A DNA stretch of 64,000 nucleotides, from NCBI RefSeq assembly GCF_026571515.1, contig NW_026852414.1, positions 1 to 64,000 on the forward strand. The letters are read 5' to 3'. Position numbers and translations under genes: made by a program. The notes beneath the pieces are model-generated. The model saw only the letters and a list, made by a program, of their open reading frames with translations, was not told the origin of the DNA and made no database searches. The DNA comes from Ruditapes philippinarum (lineage: Eukaryota). How positions within the stretch are numbered: position 1 is the stretch's first letter; each line of letters begins with the position of its first letter. Positions 1 to 13,030 of this stretch are shown here, piece by piece.

Positions 1-210
1 ACAATCTTGTACTTATTGGGTCACACACCATGTTCAATCATGTACTTATTGGGTCACACATCATGCACAATTTTGTACCTTAATTTGGGTCACACACCAT
101 GTTCAATCATGTACTTATTCGGTCACACATTTAGCATAATCATGTACTTACTGGAATATATTAGGTCACACACCTTTCACAGTCAAGTGCTTATTGGGTT
201 ACACACCTTA
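1..210. repeat. Degenerate ~33-bp minisatellite (atcatgtacttattgggtcacacaccatgttca)
   Basis: About 6 imperfect tandem copies are visible. They explain the repetitive 85-aa ORF at 7..264. Confidence 0.8.
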
Positions 211-652
211 TACTCCATGATATACTCATTCATTTTGGAACATCTTTACTCTTTTACTGCATAATTATAATTACAATGTATACAGCAATGCTGGGCACAT
301 GTATGCTGCACTAAACTTACGCGTTTGTATGAACATGGTGACTATTTGGCCTCACTCACATAGCAAGTTTATTGCAGTAGTATTGTCACAAATAATCTGG
401 GCATCAACTTTGAAGTATATTGAATTTTCATGAAGGAATAAGCTAAAATGTCTGTTGTATATACATGTAACTTGGTTGTAAGGCAAATTTGGTTTTAGTT
501 ATAGAATATATTTTACTAGTATCATCATGTTTTTAAATGTCTCTTATAAATCTATCGAGATTGGTCCAACATGTATTTTAGTATAATTAAATATTGTGTT
601 GTATTGTATATATGACATGCTTGGAATGAGACAATAAACTAAACTAAACTAA
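211..652 (+). mobile_element. Probable 3' end of a non-LTR retrotransposon with (AAACT)n tail
   Basis: Ends in AATAAA-ctaaactaaactaa exactly where homology to the paralogous block at ~14837 begins. The 5' boundary is undefined. Confidence 0.45.
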
Positions 653-2753
653 TACTTTAATAGTTGTTGAAGGAAATGCATGTTGCGATACTCAGCATTC
701 TAAATTAGAACTTTTTAACTTTTAAATTGATAGAGATATACATTTAAATGATGGCAAATATATGTAAACCGTGCAATAGCTGATTCCAGTTGAGCTTAAT
801 TTACCTTTTTCTATATAATTATAGTCCAGCTCTTCGAATTCTAAACGAAATAAGGAACGAAACTGTAATTACATTTAATTTTTCGGGTAATTATTGCATG
901 TTAACTTGTAATCATTTTACTCTTGTGAGGATATGTTTTGTTAACGACTTTCTTTTTTTATATTTGGTTATTGATTGCTGTGATAGAATGAAACAAGTTG
1001 CCAAAATATCGTGTTTTATGTAATCAAACCAATGGCTACCACTTCGTTCTGGAAGTTAAATCCTCAAGCGGGGTTGTTGCAGTGTCGTGTTATTTCTTTA
1101 ACAGGTTGTAGGTCGTTAATGGAAATGCAAAATGTTTTCAATATGCACAACCATATTTTCTTAACAAAGCACACTTTGCCTAAGTTTACTTTGCTAATAT
1201 ACCATTCTAGTAACAGAAATTATTTTAATTATTCAAAAATTATATTCAACAAAAACATTATCATTTAACAGTTCTTTTGTAATACTATGTTAACAGCAAA
1301 AGCTATAAATATAAACAATTATATTCTTATTTGTGCACATAACTGGAAATGCTGAAATTCTTAAAAAATGGCATTTATACGTTTCTGAAAGTTTCTTTAT
1401 GTTATCTTAATAATTTAAGAATCAAATATCAGTTTTTTACCTGTAAAGTGGCACGAAATTCTTGTTCTGTGCAAATAATTATTATATTTCCAGAAATTGT
1501 AGTGAAAAGAAAGGATATTGAATTGTTCAGTAAAATTAATTTGCGTTCTAGTTTTCTAGTTTAATAAAGACATTGAAATTGTTTTTAATAACTTACAACC
1601 TCAGACTGGTAAAGATCTTTACGACTTTCTCTTTTTTTATCAAAATATGAAAATATATTACTTATCTGTAAATGTCAATAAGTTTTTGTTTTCGGTCGTG
1701 CAGAAACTCGAGCGGGAGACGTTTATGAAAGACAGTTTATCAAAGTTGTGCCAAATAAACATTTACATATTGCAGTTGATAAAAACATTAAGCATATAAT
1801 TTCAATAGAAATCAAGTACCTTACCACTCTATTGTTAAGTAAAAAGCTTCTAAGCTGAAATTTCAATCTAAGTGTCTTGTAGCCAATATGTATTTTATTG
1901 CAGGTTTGTATTTTTAAAAAGCAGATATATAATGATTTAGCTCTCGATTGACATTTGGATACAATTTCTTGTTTGTGTAGCTCCCGTGATACTTAATAAC
2001 GGCTTTTGATAGAGCTGAATGTGTAAAAAAGACAATCATTGCGACTCTGATTACATCCCCTGCGATTATCCGACCATTGAAATTGTATATTTTTATGTTT
2101 TAAATGTCAGATTACTAATGGCTACCAGCATGTATACAAATGTACTACTTTTGGCGAATAGTAAAACAAAATAGTGTAAAGTTACATATAAAATCGTATA
2201 TAAAACGGCATACATATGTGATACTAGTACGTGTCACACTTTTAAAATAATAAAGTTGAAACCGTTCACCTTCTAAAGATAAATAAAGTCTATAAAACAG
2301 TCTTTTGTCCCCTGCATTTAAGTGACTTCCTAACAATTCTCAAAGAGAAGACATCAGTCACTTTTTATACCTGACACCTAATACCTTGGTAAAAATTCAG
2401 TCTCTCTTTAACAGACAAAAAGAACGAAAAGAACACTGCACGAAGAAAAAAACTGTTAAATTCACAATAAAGTCACAATGCGTGATTATAGATAATATTT
2501 GTTATAATTGCGAGATATAATTGTAAATGTATTTTTGTAATTGAGCTAATGGAACAAACATTAGTCTTTGAAGCTGTTTTAAGGCAACATTGGCGTCTTA
2601 CGCACTGATTAAAACACGAACTTAACGACAAGGTGTCTAGTTGATTAACTAAGATCGGAATACATAAGTGTGTTCTTTGAAATATTTCCAAAGATTGAAA
2701 AAAAATGCGGAGCATTGTGCCGAATGATGGTCAACCATTTAGTTTGTTAAATT

Positions 2754-2827
2754 ATGAATTTCTTAAATATTCGGCGGAAACTTGGAATATTTTCAAGAGC
2801 GGAAATACTTTTTCGAAAATGTGCAAG
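2754..2827 (+). CDS. Variable mini-exon V1: MNFLNIRRKLGIFSRAEILFRKCA + AG, donor GTAAGT
   Basis: ATG, 24 open codons + 2 nt, consensus donor AG|GTAAGT. Homologous to the other array members. Confidence 0.8.
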
Positions 2828-5097
2828 GTAAGTGTATGCGTTTTGCCTAATGTAAAACTGGTCCTAGAGATGCGCATAAAATATTACTTAATTAAGATAC
2901 AAAATGTATAGTCAGTTCAACAGTAGAGTTGAAGATCTTTCATCACAGTAATAGGGCGGTTAAAATATATAGAATAATGTAGATACTAGTATACCTTTGA
3001 AATTCAGAGTTTGCTTAAATTTTGAAGCATCGACTCTTAGAATATTACCAATCACATCGAGCAGGTGGCTGAAACGTACAATATCGAACAGATAAACATA
3101 CATGTATAATGTTTCACTTTGATAATAGTTTTACTGGCTAAGATTTCAAAAATTCATTTGTTGCCAATTCATTTGAATTATGCAGGATTCATTTTTATAC
3201 CATTTAAATTCATGAACAGACTCGATCCATCATCAGTGTCTGCTATTTCACTTGTTTTCTTTTTATCTTATGTTGTATTGCTCTCGTGGCACCTTAAAAT
3301 ATTTTCTCTAAGTTCAGTATGCAATTGGCATATTTGTTCATAGATTGTCTGTGATATTGCAACAATCATTTACAGAATCTGATCTTTTTGTTAAAATATT
3401 TGTATCGTGCGAACATGCAATAACGAATCGTTTCTGAGATAAGTTTACATATTAAGTTTATCTATCTATATTCAAAATTTGAATAAATCAGATGAAGATG
3501 ACAGATTTCGTAATAAAGATTTCGTAATAACATAAAGACTTTCGCGACAGAAATTAAAAATGAGAACAATGAACAACAAGCAAGATCTTTTCGTTCGTTA
3601 ATTCTTATCAGAAATTAATGTATAATTTCTGATCTTTAACAGAAATGATTATACAAAGGCTTTGCCGATTATGTTAACAAATGGCCAGAAAGTGACAAGA
3701 GAGCTCTTAATTCTGTCATTTTGATCTGCTTAAAAGGATATTTCGAAATTTTCACACTTTTAAATATTTAGTTGCTTTTCTTGGACGAGGTAGATAACAT
3801 TAAATCAAGTTTTTACGAATGTTACTACAATTTCAGAAAAAATTAAATCTAAACGGACGAAACAAATAATATAAATCATGGTGAATCTCCTGCTTCCATT
3901 TCAGTGTTTTGTGATCATTATTTTTAGAAATGGCCAGAGAGTTGTTTACTGTAACTGATATAACATAAAACACTTTTTGTCAGATCAATATTTGTCATTG
4001 CTCGTATTGTTTTCAACAGCTTTTCCATTGTGAACAGCAATCATTCAAAAAGGACTAATGATTATTAAAAATCTGATTTTACCACTTGAGATGATGTGAC
4101 GGAAACATTTATGTTTTTTGCCTATTGCATATAAAGTCCAAGCAAGCCTCCATTGAATGTTGCCTTTCCTTGTTGGTTAATGTTAACAAATTTTGACTTC
4201 TTTAAAATAAAAGCCCGTCATACTAGATGGTTGTTATAAAAGTATTTTGTTGCTCAAAAGCAGGGGCTGGGTGGCTCAGAAGGAACAGTAGAACATGACA
4301 CAAAATGTCCATTTACAATTTGTTCACCGCAAACATTTTATAAATATTTTCGCCGGAAGAAATTTTCAATTTCGAATAAATTGCATTTTAAATCATGTTG
4401 ATTTATTAAGAGATATATATGTGTTCGTTGTATGATTCAGATTGAAATTATATTAAATTCTAATAACAACTGACACCCTTTGACATTTCTTTCTTTAAAT
4501 ATTGAGCGCCATGCAAATAAGCGTAATTATGTAAAAGAATGTTTAGTTTTAGCAGCCATATATAGAATAAAATGGTTTGTAGTAATGTGCAATTATTTCA
4601 ACTTAAACCTTTTATAAATATTTCCACCGGAAGAAATTTATCAATTTCGAAAAAATGGCATTTAAAATCACAGAAATATACGAGTATTGTATGATGTCGA
4701 TTGAAATCATATTAGATTCTAATAACACCTGACACCCTTTGACATTTTTTCTTTAAACATTGAGCGCCATGCAAATAAGCGTATTTATGTAGAAGAATGT
4801 TTAGTATTAGCAGCCATATAAAGAATAAAATGGTTTGCATTAATGTGCATTAATTCAGATAACCCGAGGGAAAAGCTGCAAACTCATGATTGTTTTGTGA
4901 TACATAAAACAGGCATTGATCCTATAACGTAACACCGTCGTCAAAAGTCAATCAATTTAGACACGACAATAACGAAAAATAATCTGGCTAATTAACCAAA
5001 CATGGAATATTCAATTGAATTATACAATTCTCAGATTAGGTGTATTCTATGTAAAATCTTTTACAGAAAGGAATTTGATTTTTAAACTTCGGATAAT

Positions 5098-5178
5098 ATG
5101 AATTTCTTAAATACAATGTATTCGAAGGAAACTTTGAATATTTTCAAGTGCTGAATTATTGTTTCGGAAAAGTTCAAG
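5098..5178 (+). pseudogene. Pseudo-exon V2 (dead paralog of V6)
   Basis: 7-nt insertion (acaatgt) causing a frameshift, GGA>TGA, donor GT>GG, and a 20-bp tandem duplication over the donor. Confidence 0.8.
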
Positions 5179-6082
5179 GGAGGTGATTAAAGTTCAAGGA
5201 AGGTGATTAAAGTTTATATGTTTTTTTATTATTCATAATTACTTGTGACACATTGGTGCCACATAGTTCTTTATGGAAATATATATCAAATTATATATAA
5301 GTATATCTTAAACAGCGATTTTAAAATACTTGAATTTTCAAAAGAAACAAGAAAAAACTCTTTTTGCAACTTATATGTTTTGGTGTTGAATGTAGCAGGT
5401 AATTCATGTTAGTTGTAATTTGAAGTTAAATGTTGTTTATAATACATACAGTAAAAATAGGAAATCGTGTACATTTATATAATGATATATTGAAACTGTC
5501 GTAATCAAAAAAATAATATTAACATATTTTTAATGTAATGAAACCACTAAATAGATAGATAAATTAATAAATAATTTAATTGTAAAGAACTAGAAATAAT
5601 AATTGATTATTAAATTTACGACTTTAAAGAAATAGTGATAATAGTGAACTTAATCATCTTTATGACATATAACGAATATGTTATCGCAAAGTGCATGCTC
5701 AATTGCATATAATTCACTAACAATTATGAAATGTGGCCAAAGATATAACATAATAATCAAGGGAATCATTTCACAAAAGTTTAATTTTACATTTCCTGTC
5801 AAATAAAAAGCATATTGCATGAATTATTAAATTTGATATGATATGTCATTTACGGTAGCTAAATGTGCGACCTTTGTAACGAATATGCTAAAAGGGGAAT
5901 ATTTTGTTAACATATCATTCGGTTACAGATTAAAACGAAGACTTTTGCTTTCAACATTTGTCAGACATTGGCAACAAATGTGTATTCATTCTTAAAATTT
6001 TCGGATAGACATTGATAACACTAATATTTTGTAATTCGGAAACATAATCACTTTTCATTAAGTAGATTATTTGTTCTACAAA

Positions 6083-6156
6083 ATGAATTTCCGGTCTGTT
6101 CAGAGGAGTTAGAGATTGTTTTCTAGTGCCGAAATGCTATTCAAGAAATGTTTAAG
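6083..6156 (+). pseudogene. Pseudo-exon V3 (dead paralog of V7): MNFRSVQRS*RLFSSAEMLFKKCL
   Basis: 74-nt homolog with in-frame TAG (AAG in V7) and donor GT>GG. Confidence 0.8.
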
Positions 6157-7686
6157 GGAAAAAAATTATTTTAATGTTTGTGTCGGTTTTATAAAACCAT
6201 ATTTTCTTGAACAAGATAGACACATTAACCCATAGATTGTCGTTAAACACGTATTTATAAATATCTTATCTTTTGCACGTTCATTTATCTTTGATCTGTA
6301 ATTTGTATTACAATTGTAATATTGAGTCAGGCATTATAAGTAAGTCACGAGCAAACGACTCACGTATTATAAATATCGTTAAACAATAGCCGGAATTGTA
6401 TATAGTTACTGCATCAAAAAAAGATGGATACTTTTTAATTAAAATTTTAACTATTGTCATGTTTAAATGTTGTATACTGCTTTAATTGGTGCTAGGCGTG
6501 GACGGTCGGTTCGACTTTCCGGTACCATTCATGTACTTTTGCAAACTTCATTTAAAACTGCATAATTATAATTTAATAACCTGTGTGTTGTTATTAAGGA
6601 TGTAACAACACTTATAAAACAATTTCCAAACATCCAAGAATATGTAAAATATGTACTGCAAATGTTTTTACTCATTATAAGTAATTTTTAAATTATATGC
6701 ATTCATTTCTTATTTAAAAATTTGGCGTAGACTTTATCGAAAATAAATTTCTAATTACCTCCCTTTATTAATATGATATGTAAATTCGGTAATAACTTTA
6801 CAAATAATGCTTTTTGGAACTTACAATATTGATAAGTCTTCATATGTGCATCATATTTATGATATAAAACCATAACAAAAATTTGAGTTACAGGATCTTT
6901 AATGTTCATGGAAAGAATGGAACCCCCAAATTATTGACCTCAATAAGCGCTTGTAAGAAAATACTAAGCTCGGAATTATAACGAAATATATATATTTTAT
7001 TAAAACTATCTTAAATTGTTCACCTGTATGTTTATTATTTCAGGGGTTTTACACAGTATCATGAACATTTCTCATTGAACTTTACTATGTGTTTTTTTGT
7101 TTTAATCATTATCTAGTATCATTACGTTATCTATTTTGACATTTTAAAAATAAATAAGAATACTGAGGAATAATGGGCCTTTAGAAATTTTGAATGTTTA
7201 ACGTTCACTATTGAATGCTGGTTTCAAAGCTTAAATGCTGCTGGCCGTAAACAAATATATCGATTACACGAGCTATAAGATGTAATTTCTATCGAAACTT
7301 TGATTTAATTGTAAAGTCTGTGATTTTGATTCATGGCCTCTTTGAGCTTGAAAAATAGTGTCAAACTTGTAATAAGGTTTACATTGTTAAATTGTTAATC
7401 CTAACAGTTATTTGCATGCTCCCAACCTTTCTTCGCTCTTGTTCCCTCTCCCATTTTTTCTTTCAAATTATTTCTAATTGATGTATAAATAAGCCCCACG
7501 CACAATTTTAATTGAATCATGTTTGATGACTATATATTAACCAAATATTAGTTCATTGATCAAATATAGATCACCTTAGTCGAATTTGTCAATATAGAAT
7601 ATCCTGGTATGAAATTGCTCTGACATTTATTCATAAAAAACATGACAATAAACGAAACTTATCATAATTATAGTGTTAAAAGCTAT

Positions 7687-7704
7687 GTTGCTACGCAAAC
7701 CAAT
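7687..7704 (+). promoter_or_regulatory. X-box-like (GTTGCTACGCAAAC) + CCAAT motif ~210 bp upstream of V4
   Basis: Resembles the RFX X-box GTTNCCATGGNAAC. Conserved at 24713-24730 and in degenerate form at ~33650-33667. Confidence 0.3.
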
Positions 7705-7909
7705 ATAGGATTGTAAACCTATAACGCAGCCTTCGGAAAAAATACCGTTTTATCATTTGAAATTGGTTCTAATAGCGAGAAAACAATTAATTTTGTGAGG
7801 CTTTTACAGCTGTGCATGCGGATTATTATGTCTACTATATCAAACGACAATTATACTTCATGTTTTCATAGTTTTTTCTTAAAACAGCAAAACTAAACAG
7901 GACTTAAAC

Positions 7910-7983
7910 ATGAGTTTCTTGAATATACATATGAAATTGCGGCTCTTTGCAAGTGCGGAAATGCTGTTTAAGAAATGTACCAG
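7910..7983 (+). CDS. Variable mini-exon V4: MSFLNIHMKLRLFASAEMLFKKCT + AG, donor GTTAGT
   Basis: 74 nt, open, phase-2 donor. Differs from V9 at 9 synonymous and 3 non-synonymous codons. Confidence 0.82.
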
Positions 7984-9048
7984 GTTAGTTTATAAATAAT
8001 CTAGCAATTATAATTTTTTCTATACATATCACATAATTTTATAATGTGTTTATAATTGTTTTCATGTAAAAATTGATAATATATGAATGCTAAAACATGT
8101 ACTCGACGTTTGAAGTAAAACCCTTAAGATATGAAGAAGTTATTAGAAAAAATATAAGTAGAACTCCAAGTCAAAATGGGATTTTCTTAAACAATAAAGT
8201 TGTTAACGTTTCAAGCTTAATGCGGGTAATGATAAGGAACATGCATTCGAAAAGTACACTAGTTAACAAGTTTTAGTAAAAGTAAAAATTTCTAGGCAAA
8301 ATTTTAAGTTGAGAAAATAAACAGTGTTTAAACAAAATTTTGAACTGTGCTTTGAACATTGGTATAAAGAAACAAATTTATCATATAAGATTTGGGTTAT
8401 AATAAAAACATAAAATTGAAGATTGAAAGAGATGAGAGAAACTTATTAAATTTCTGATAGATACAAACAAATAACAATTTTATGAAAAAAAATATCACAA
8501 TGCTATGGAAGCCCTGGAGGGACATTTGAAATTAATATTTAAAACTTATTGGTTAATTCTTAATATTTAAAATTTAATTCTTAATATTCAAAAATTAAGA
8601 ACATAATACATAAGACGCGGGTATTTGAATTCAACGGTCTCTTGCAAAAGGTTGCTACACGAAGAAAAATTGGCAAATTCGATATAGCTGCTTACAGGTA
8701 ATTGTCATTTTTTATTTATATACAATAAACATTCCGAGAAATATTATATCTCGATTATTATATTTTCATGCTAACAGTTGAAACCATTAAGATATGTTAC
8801 TTTTATCATGGTGCCGCTTTACATTTTATTGACTACATGGTGTCAAAAGCAGTAGTTGAGAAAGTTTACCAATACATTTTGTTCTGGTTGAAGTTTTAAA
8901 AGTGACAGCAATATACCTGCTTGGCAGGGGTTAGGTTTGTCTAACGATAATGTTTAGTTGTTGGTGGTGGATAACAATATTACATGTTTACAGCCCCAGC
9001 CCTTTGTTTTTATAACGCTATATTTCATTTCTTTATATTTCTTTTAAG

Positions 9049-9550
9049 GTCGTAAACATGGAGATCCCGTTGCTGCTTGCCGTTATCATTTTATTGAAAG
9101 TGACTCCTGTATCAACAAATGTGTCATCCCTATTGCCATCTGGAAACGGAAGCACCAGGTTAAAAGTGATTACGCAGTACTTTCATGCTGACTTCAAGTA
9201 CGCACAAATTGTTTTACCACAACATACGTCTTGGTCTCCGTCAGTTAAAGAGGATACTTCGTTGTAATTATTACGGGCGTCACCGTGTCATATATACTCC
9301 AAAAGAAGTAGGAAAAGAATTGCAGTTTAGCGGGGACGGCTTATGGTACCAAGGTGGATGAATACGTTGAAGGATTTGAGAGCTCGTGGACGAATTGATA
9401 CGTCAAACCCTATTCATGCAAAATGCTTGCGATTTTATTTAGCGAATGTTCTTCAAGCGGGACTTTATTGCATTGTATTCACTAGAATTTACACAATGTG
9501 CGACCACAGAAACATGTAGACATGTGCACTTGTATTGGAAGACCAGAAAT
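9049..9550 (+). pseudogene. Transposase/integrase-core remnant of the IS3EU-type element
   Basis: Fragments ITQYFHADFKYAQIV, RLGLRQLKRILR, WMNTLKDLRARGRIDTSNPIHAKCLRFYLANVLQAGL and H*NLHNVRPQK, with stops, frameshifts and deletions. Recognised by eye as integrase-core-like. Confidence 0.6.
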
Positions 9551-9779
9551 AAAATGTTGTTAAATGTACTAGAACTATCAGGTTCTACTGATTATGGTGT
9601 TAATGCTGATTTGTAGGATATTGAATATGAAACAAATCCAGATGATTGAACATTAGACAATAATTTATATACTTTTTAATGAATAAACATTGATGTTCAT
9701 AGTTTTCAGAAGTATGTGCTTTTTATGTTTAACTGCTAGTTAAAATTTCAAGGCCGATCTCGAGTTCGCTTTACTTATT

Positions 9780-10336
9780 GTTAGAACAGGTCAAAAGAAC
9801 TTAAACAATGTGAGCTTTTTGTAGGCAGTACTAAAAACTTGCCAAATGTTCTCCAGAAGGGATCAAATTTAGCGCTTTTTAACCCCAAAAGACAATGTTT
9901 CAACTTTGACCTACATATATGACCTATGATAAGTTTACAAGTTGTTCCAACTGAAAAAAAACATGTAGTGTTCAAAATATTTTTCTTTGATTTGACCTAT
10001 TTTTTACCCCATATGACCCAGATTCAAACTCGACCTAAAGATTATCCACACAAATATTCTCATAAACTTTTAAGTTGTTCAAGTTGAAAATACAGCATTT
10101 CAAGTGTTCTCTATGTTTTTCCTTGATTTCAACTAGTGACCTAGTTTATGACCCCAGATAACCCAGATTAAAAGTTGACCTAGAAAATCAATTAGATAAA
10201 CATTTTGAACAATGTTGATAAAGATGGGATACAAAATGTGACCTGTAATGTGTTCACAAGGGAAATGTTGAGAAACACACCGACAGACGACACACAGTGG
10301 GCAATGACAGTAGCTCACCTTTAAGATGAGCTAAAA
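9780..10336 (-). mobile_element. Degenerate HINE/Helentron-like element nested in the IS3EU-type element
   Basis: Terminal 'agctcacctttaagatgagctaaaaa', gacagacgac microsatellite remnant and tandem gacct/gaccc core repeats. Reverse-orientation relative of 47200-49149. Left edge approximate. Confidence 0.65.
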
Positions 10337-11501
10337 AGGCATCAAGATATATCAAATTTGCTCTTTATTGAATTAAACACAGAGCTCTATTCATTTCTGA
10401 ACAGTTTTCAATGCAAATTGTTATGCATCTAAAATGTTGTTTTAAAATAAACTGGCCAACAAACGTTTGTATACTACTGTTTGATCCACTAAGTCTGTGA
10501 CAAGCTTTAAACCATCTATATTTTGTTTATTTTGCGTTTATTTTAAAAAAAACTCTAACTCAAGTGAGCTAAAATGGCTGAAATTAACAATGACGAGAAA
10601 CCCCATCATTTTCGACATTTTTTAAAAACAGTTGGTTACAAGAAATTGATATCTGGTCACAGGTTCCGTGATAAAAATAGTAGAACAGTACTTTGACAAC
10701 TTTGGTATCATCCCTTATGCTAGTGTTGCCAAAGTAACGCAAAATAACTGTTTCCATCAAATGGAAAATGTTCCTTATGATTTCCCTGAGCATTAAGCAT
10801 TTTCACTGATTTTACAGTGCAGTCAGCAGGTAAACCATTCAGTTATGCACTGCTATTTTAAGACAAATAACAGCAAGAAAAGTATGGATGATCATATGTG
10901 TTCCCCTTACTGATGGCGTATAGATAGGTTATAGTTGTTTGTTAAAAAGTATAATTAAAAAATAAGGCAGCAAAGTCAGTGTAACAACTTTTACTCTTTT
11001 ATTACAGTGACTTATCAAAGTACAAAATCAAAGCTACGTATCTACACTCATCAATGAATAATCGCTTCGGGTCAAATTTCCAATTGATAACAATTTGGGG
11101 TAACTACCTACAGCATACAACATACAAATAAAAGGGTATTCATTCAAAAGTTAAAAACATAGCAAGTTTTGCCATGTGGATGAGAATTGAAGGCTCAACT
11201 AGGCAAACTCAACAAAATGATTATTTTTCAACTAAATAGAACAAGAACTGTCACTATAAATAAATATATGCCACAAATGTGCTTTAAGCATTTGGCAGGT
11301 ACAAAAAACTAACATTTTACATTGATAAAAGTGTTTAAGAAGCAAACATTATTATAATAACCAAAATCACATCATCATCTATAATTGTCAATTAGTTTGT
11401 ATGTTTATAATTATCACAGGGTTACAACATATATGTCAGTTGTATACAATTTCAAATGAAAACAGAACAACGATTGATACCACTACAAAATAAATTTCTG
11501 T

Positions 11502-11715
11502 GCCTCCGTGGTCGAGGGGTTAGAGTCGATGACTTCTAATCCAGGTACCTCTCTGGCGTGGGTTCGATCCCTGGGAGATGCTTTGGTAGTTTAGCGCGGA
11601 GGAAGGTTGTCTAGTACTGGTGTAACTCTCCAGGAACGATGGTTAGGAAACTACCCGCCTATATGACTGAAATACTGTTGAAAAGGGCGTAAAATGAAAC
11701 AAACAAACAAACAAA
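11502..11715 (+). mobile_element. tRNA-derived SINE nested in the IS3EU-type element
   Basis: A-box TGGTCGAGGGG, B-box GGTTCGATCC, 3' 'atgactgaaatactgttgaaa...ggcgtaaaa' and (AAAC)n tail. Confidence 0.85.
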
Positions 11716-11743
11716 ATCAACCATTTTTAAATGAATGTTATTA

Positions 11744-13030
11744 TCATTTTACCAAGAACCAAACAATTACTATCAACTTAAAACTAAATATTTGATATGG
11801 CCCATTCAATACAAAATGTTGCTGCGATGAAGCTTCTGAACAATTATAAACGTTTCCATCTCTTTCTAGGAAGACTGTGTTCTGTACTTCTGTTCTAGAA
11901 ACCACATACCCATCTTCAAACGGATCACTTTCATGAATTATCTTTCTCTGGACACCCAGACGCATTAAAGCACCGCAATATTGATTGGCAAATACTTCAG
12001 ATTGTTCTTCAGAATATAATGAGTGCTTAATTTTGCTGTACTTTATGTTAATAGTTCTGTCGCCCTTTTCTACAGGGACTCCATTTATCATAAAACTTTT
12101 GTTCTCCTTTTTTATCTCAGGTATATATGGCACTGTGACGCATACCAACTGTTAGCTCTAAATACTCTGTGAAACTGCATGGATTTTGGTCTACATCAGT
12201 TTAACTGTCAATCACTTGTCCTGATGCTTAAGCCAATGACAAGTCGTAGTCCTTCACACTGTCCATGTTACTTTCTCCGTCCGGGAAATAGTTACTTAGC
12301 GCTTGATATCTTATTCTTTCTACTGCAAGTCTTTCCCCAAATGTGTAATACATCACGCGTGCTTATCCACCTTTTGCTTCAGTATCAACTCTGTACTTTC
12401 CATCTCGGTAGTTCTGCCATCCCATTTTCATTTTATATGCACTGCTTTGTCCTCTGCCTTTCTTTACAGCAGTTGCCTAAAATATATTAAAGCTTTTATT
12501 AACAACCAATTTCATACAATTTTGGCCTAGAGGGACATACTCTATAACTGATGTCAAACTAAACAACCTCCAAAACTTAAATAATAGAATCTTTTAAAAT
12601 ATTATAACTTAAATTAAAAGTTTAAGCTATACATTCCAAATCATTATCGATAAAATCAGCTGTTAAAATATGTTTGCAGTACAATGTACTGTAAAAATAA
12701 TCTATGTAGAGTTGTTGCTGTACAATTAATGGGTTGAAGCAATTTATTTCAGAACGCCTCTAAAATTGATAAATTGTGGTAAAATGAGGTTTCGTTCAGC
12801 ATAGATTCTTCTTTGACATTGTATTTATTTATCATTTTAATTTCATTGAGCACAAACTTTATGTTTCGAGAATATAATCTGCTATATGTACGGAGTTCCC
12901 CTTTATATCTACATCTAAAGTTTTGTTTACCAAACCTGTGGCAAGGTTTTTGCAAACTGCAGGCATTTAAAAGCACACTATTACAACCTATAAGTCTTGT
13001 AATGATAATTTCAAATGCAAATCAATGATC
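11744..13030 (-). pseudogene. Remnant of the second (accessory) gene of the IS3EU-type element
   Basis: Protein-like minus-strand ORF pieces at 11744-12148 and 12749-12976, convergent with the transposase remnant and inside the TIRs. Confidence 0.45.

Larger units (their letters stand above)
653..6532 (+). repeat. Segmental duplication block A, copy 1 (paralog ~14837-20152)
   Basis: Colinear, highly similar sequence with indels from 'tactttaatagttgttgaaggaaatgcatg' to 'ggtaccattcat'. Carries V1-V3 and an internal local duplication (~4330-4600 vs ~4610-4850). Confidence 0.95.

Noticed and set aside
7-264. 85-aa repetitive ORF
   Set aside because: It is a translation of a minisatellite with no other coding evidence.
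2705-2911. 68-aa ORF overlapping V1 in another frame
   Set aside because: That frame is not conserved among paralogs. The synonymous-change pattern supports the ATG-2754 frame.
3008-3095. Possible private second exon for V1/V5 (ttcag|A GTT TGC ... RVCLNFEASTLRILPITSSRWLKRTISNR*)
   Set aside because: Weak acceptor, present only in the recent V1/V5 duplicate pair, and too few substitutions to show selection. Worth checking in RNA-seq.
3000-4330. Coding-like stretch (also ~17160-18480) with ORFs 3119-3343 and 17266-17592
   Set aside because: The ORFs are not preserved between the two copies and no motif is recognisable. It may be an old transposon relic.
11502-11580. tRNA-like heads here and at ~50045-50127
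   Set aside because: They continue into SINE bodies and tails, so they are not tRNA genes.
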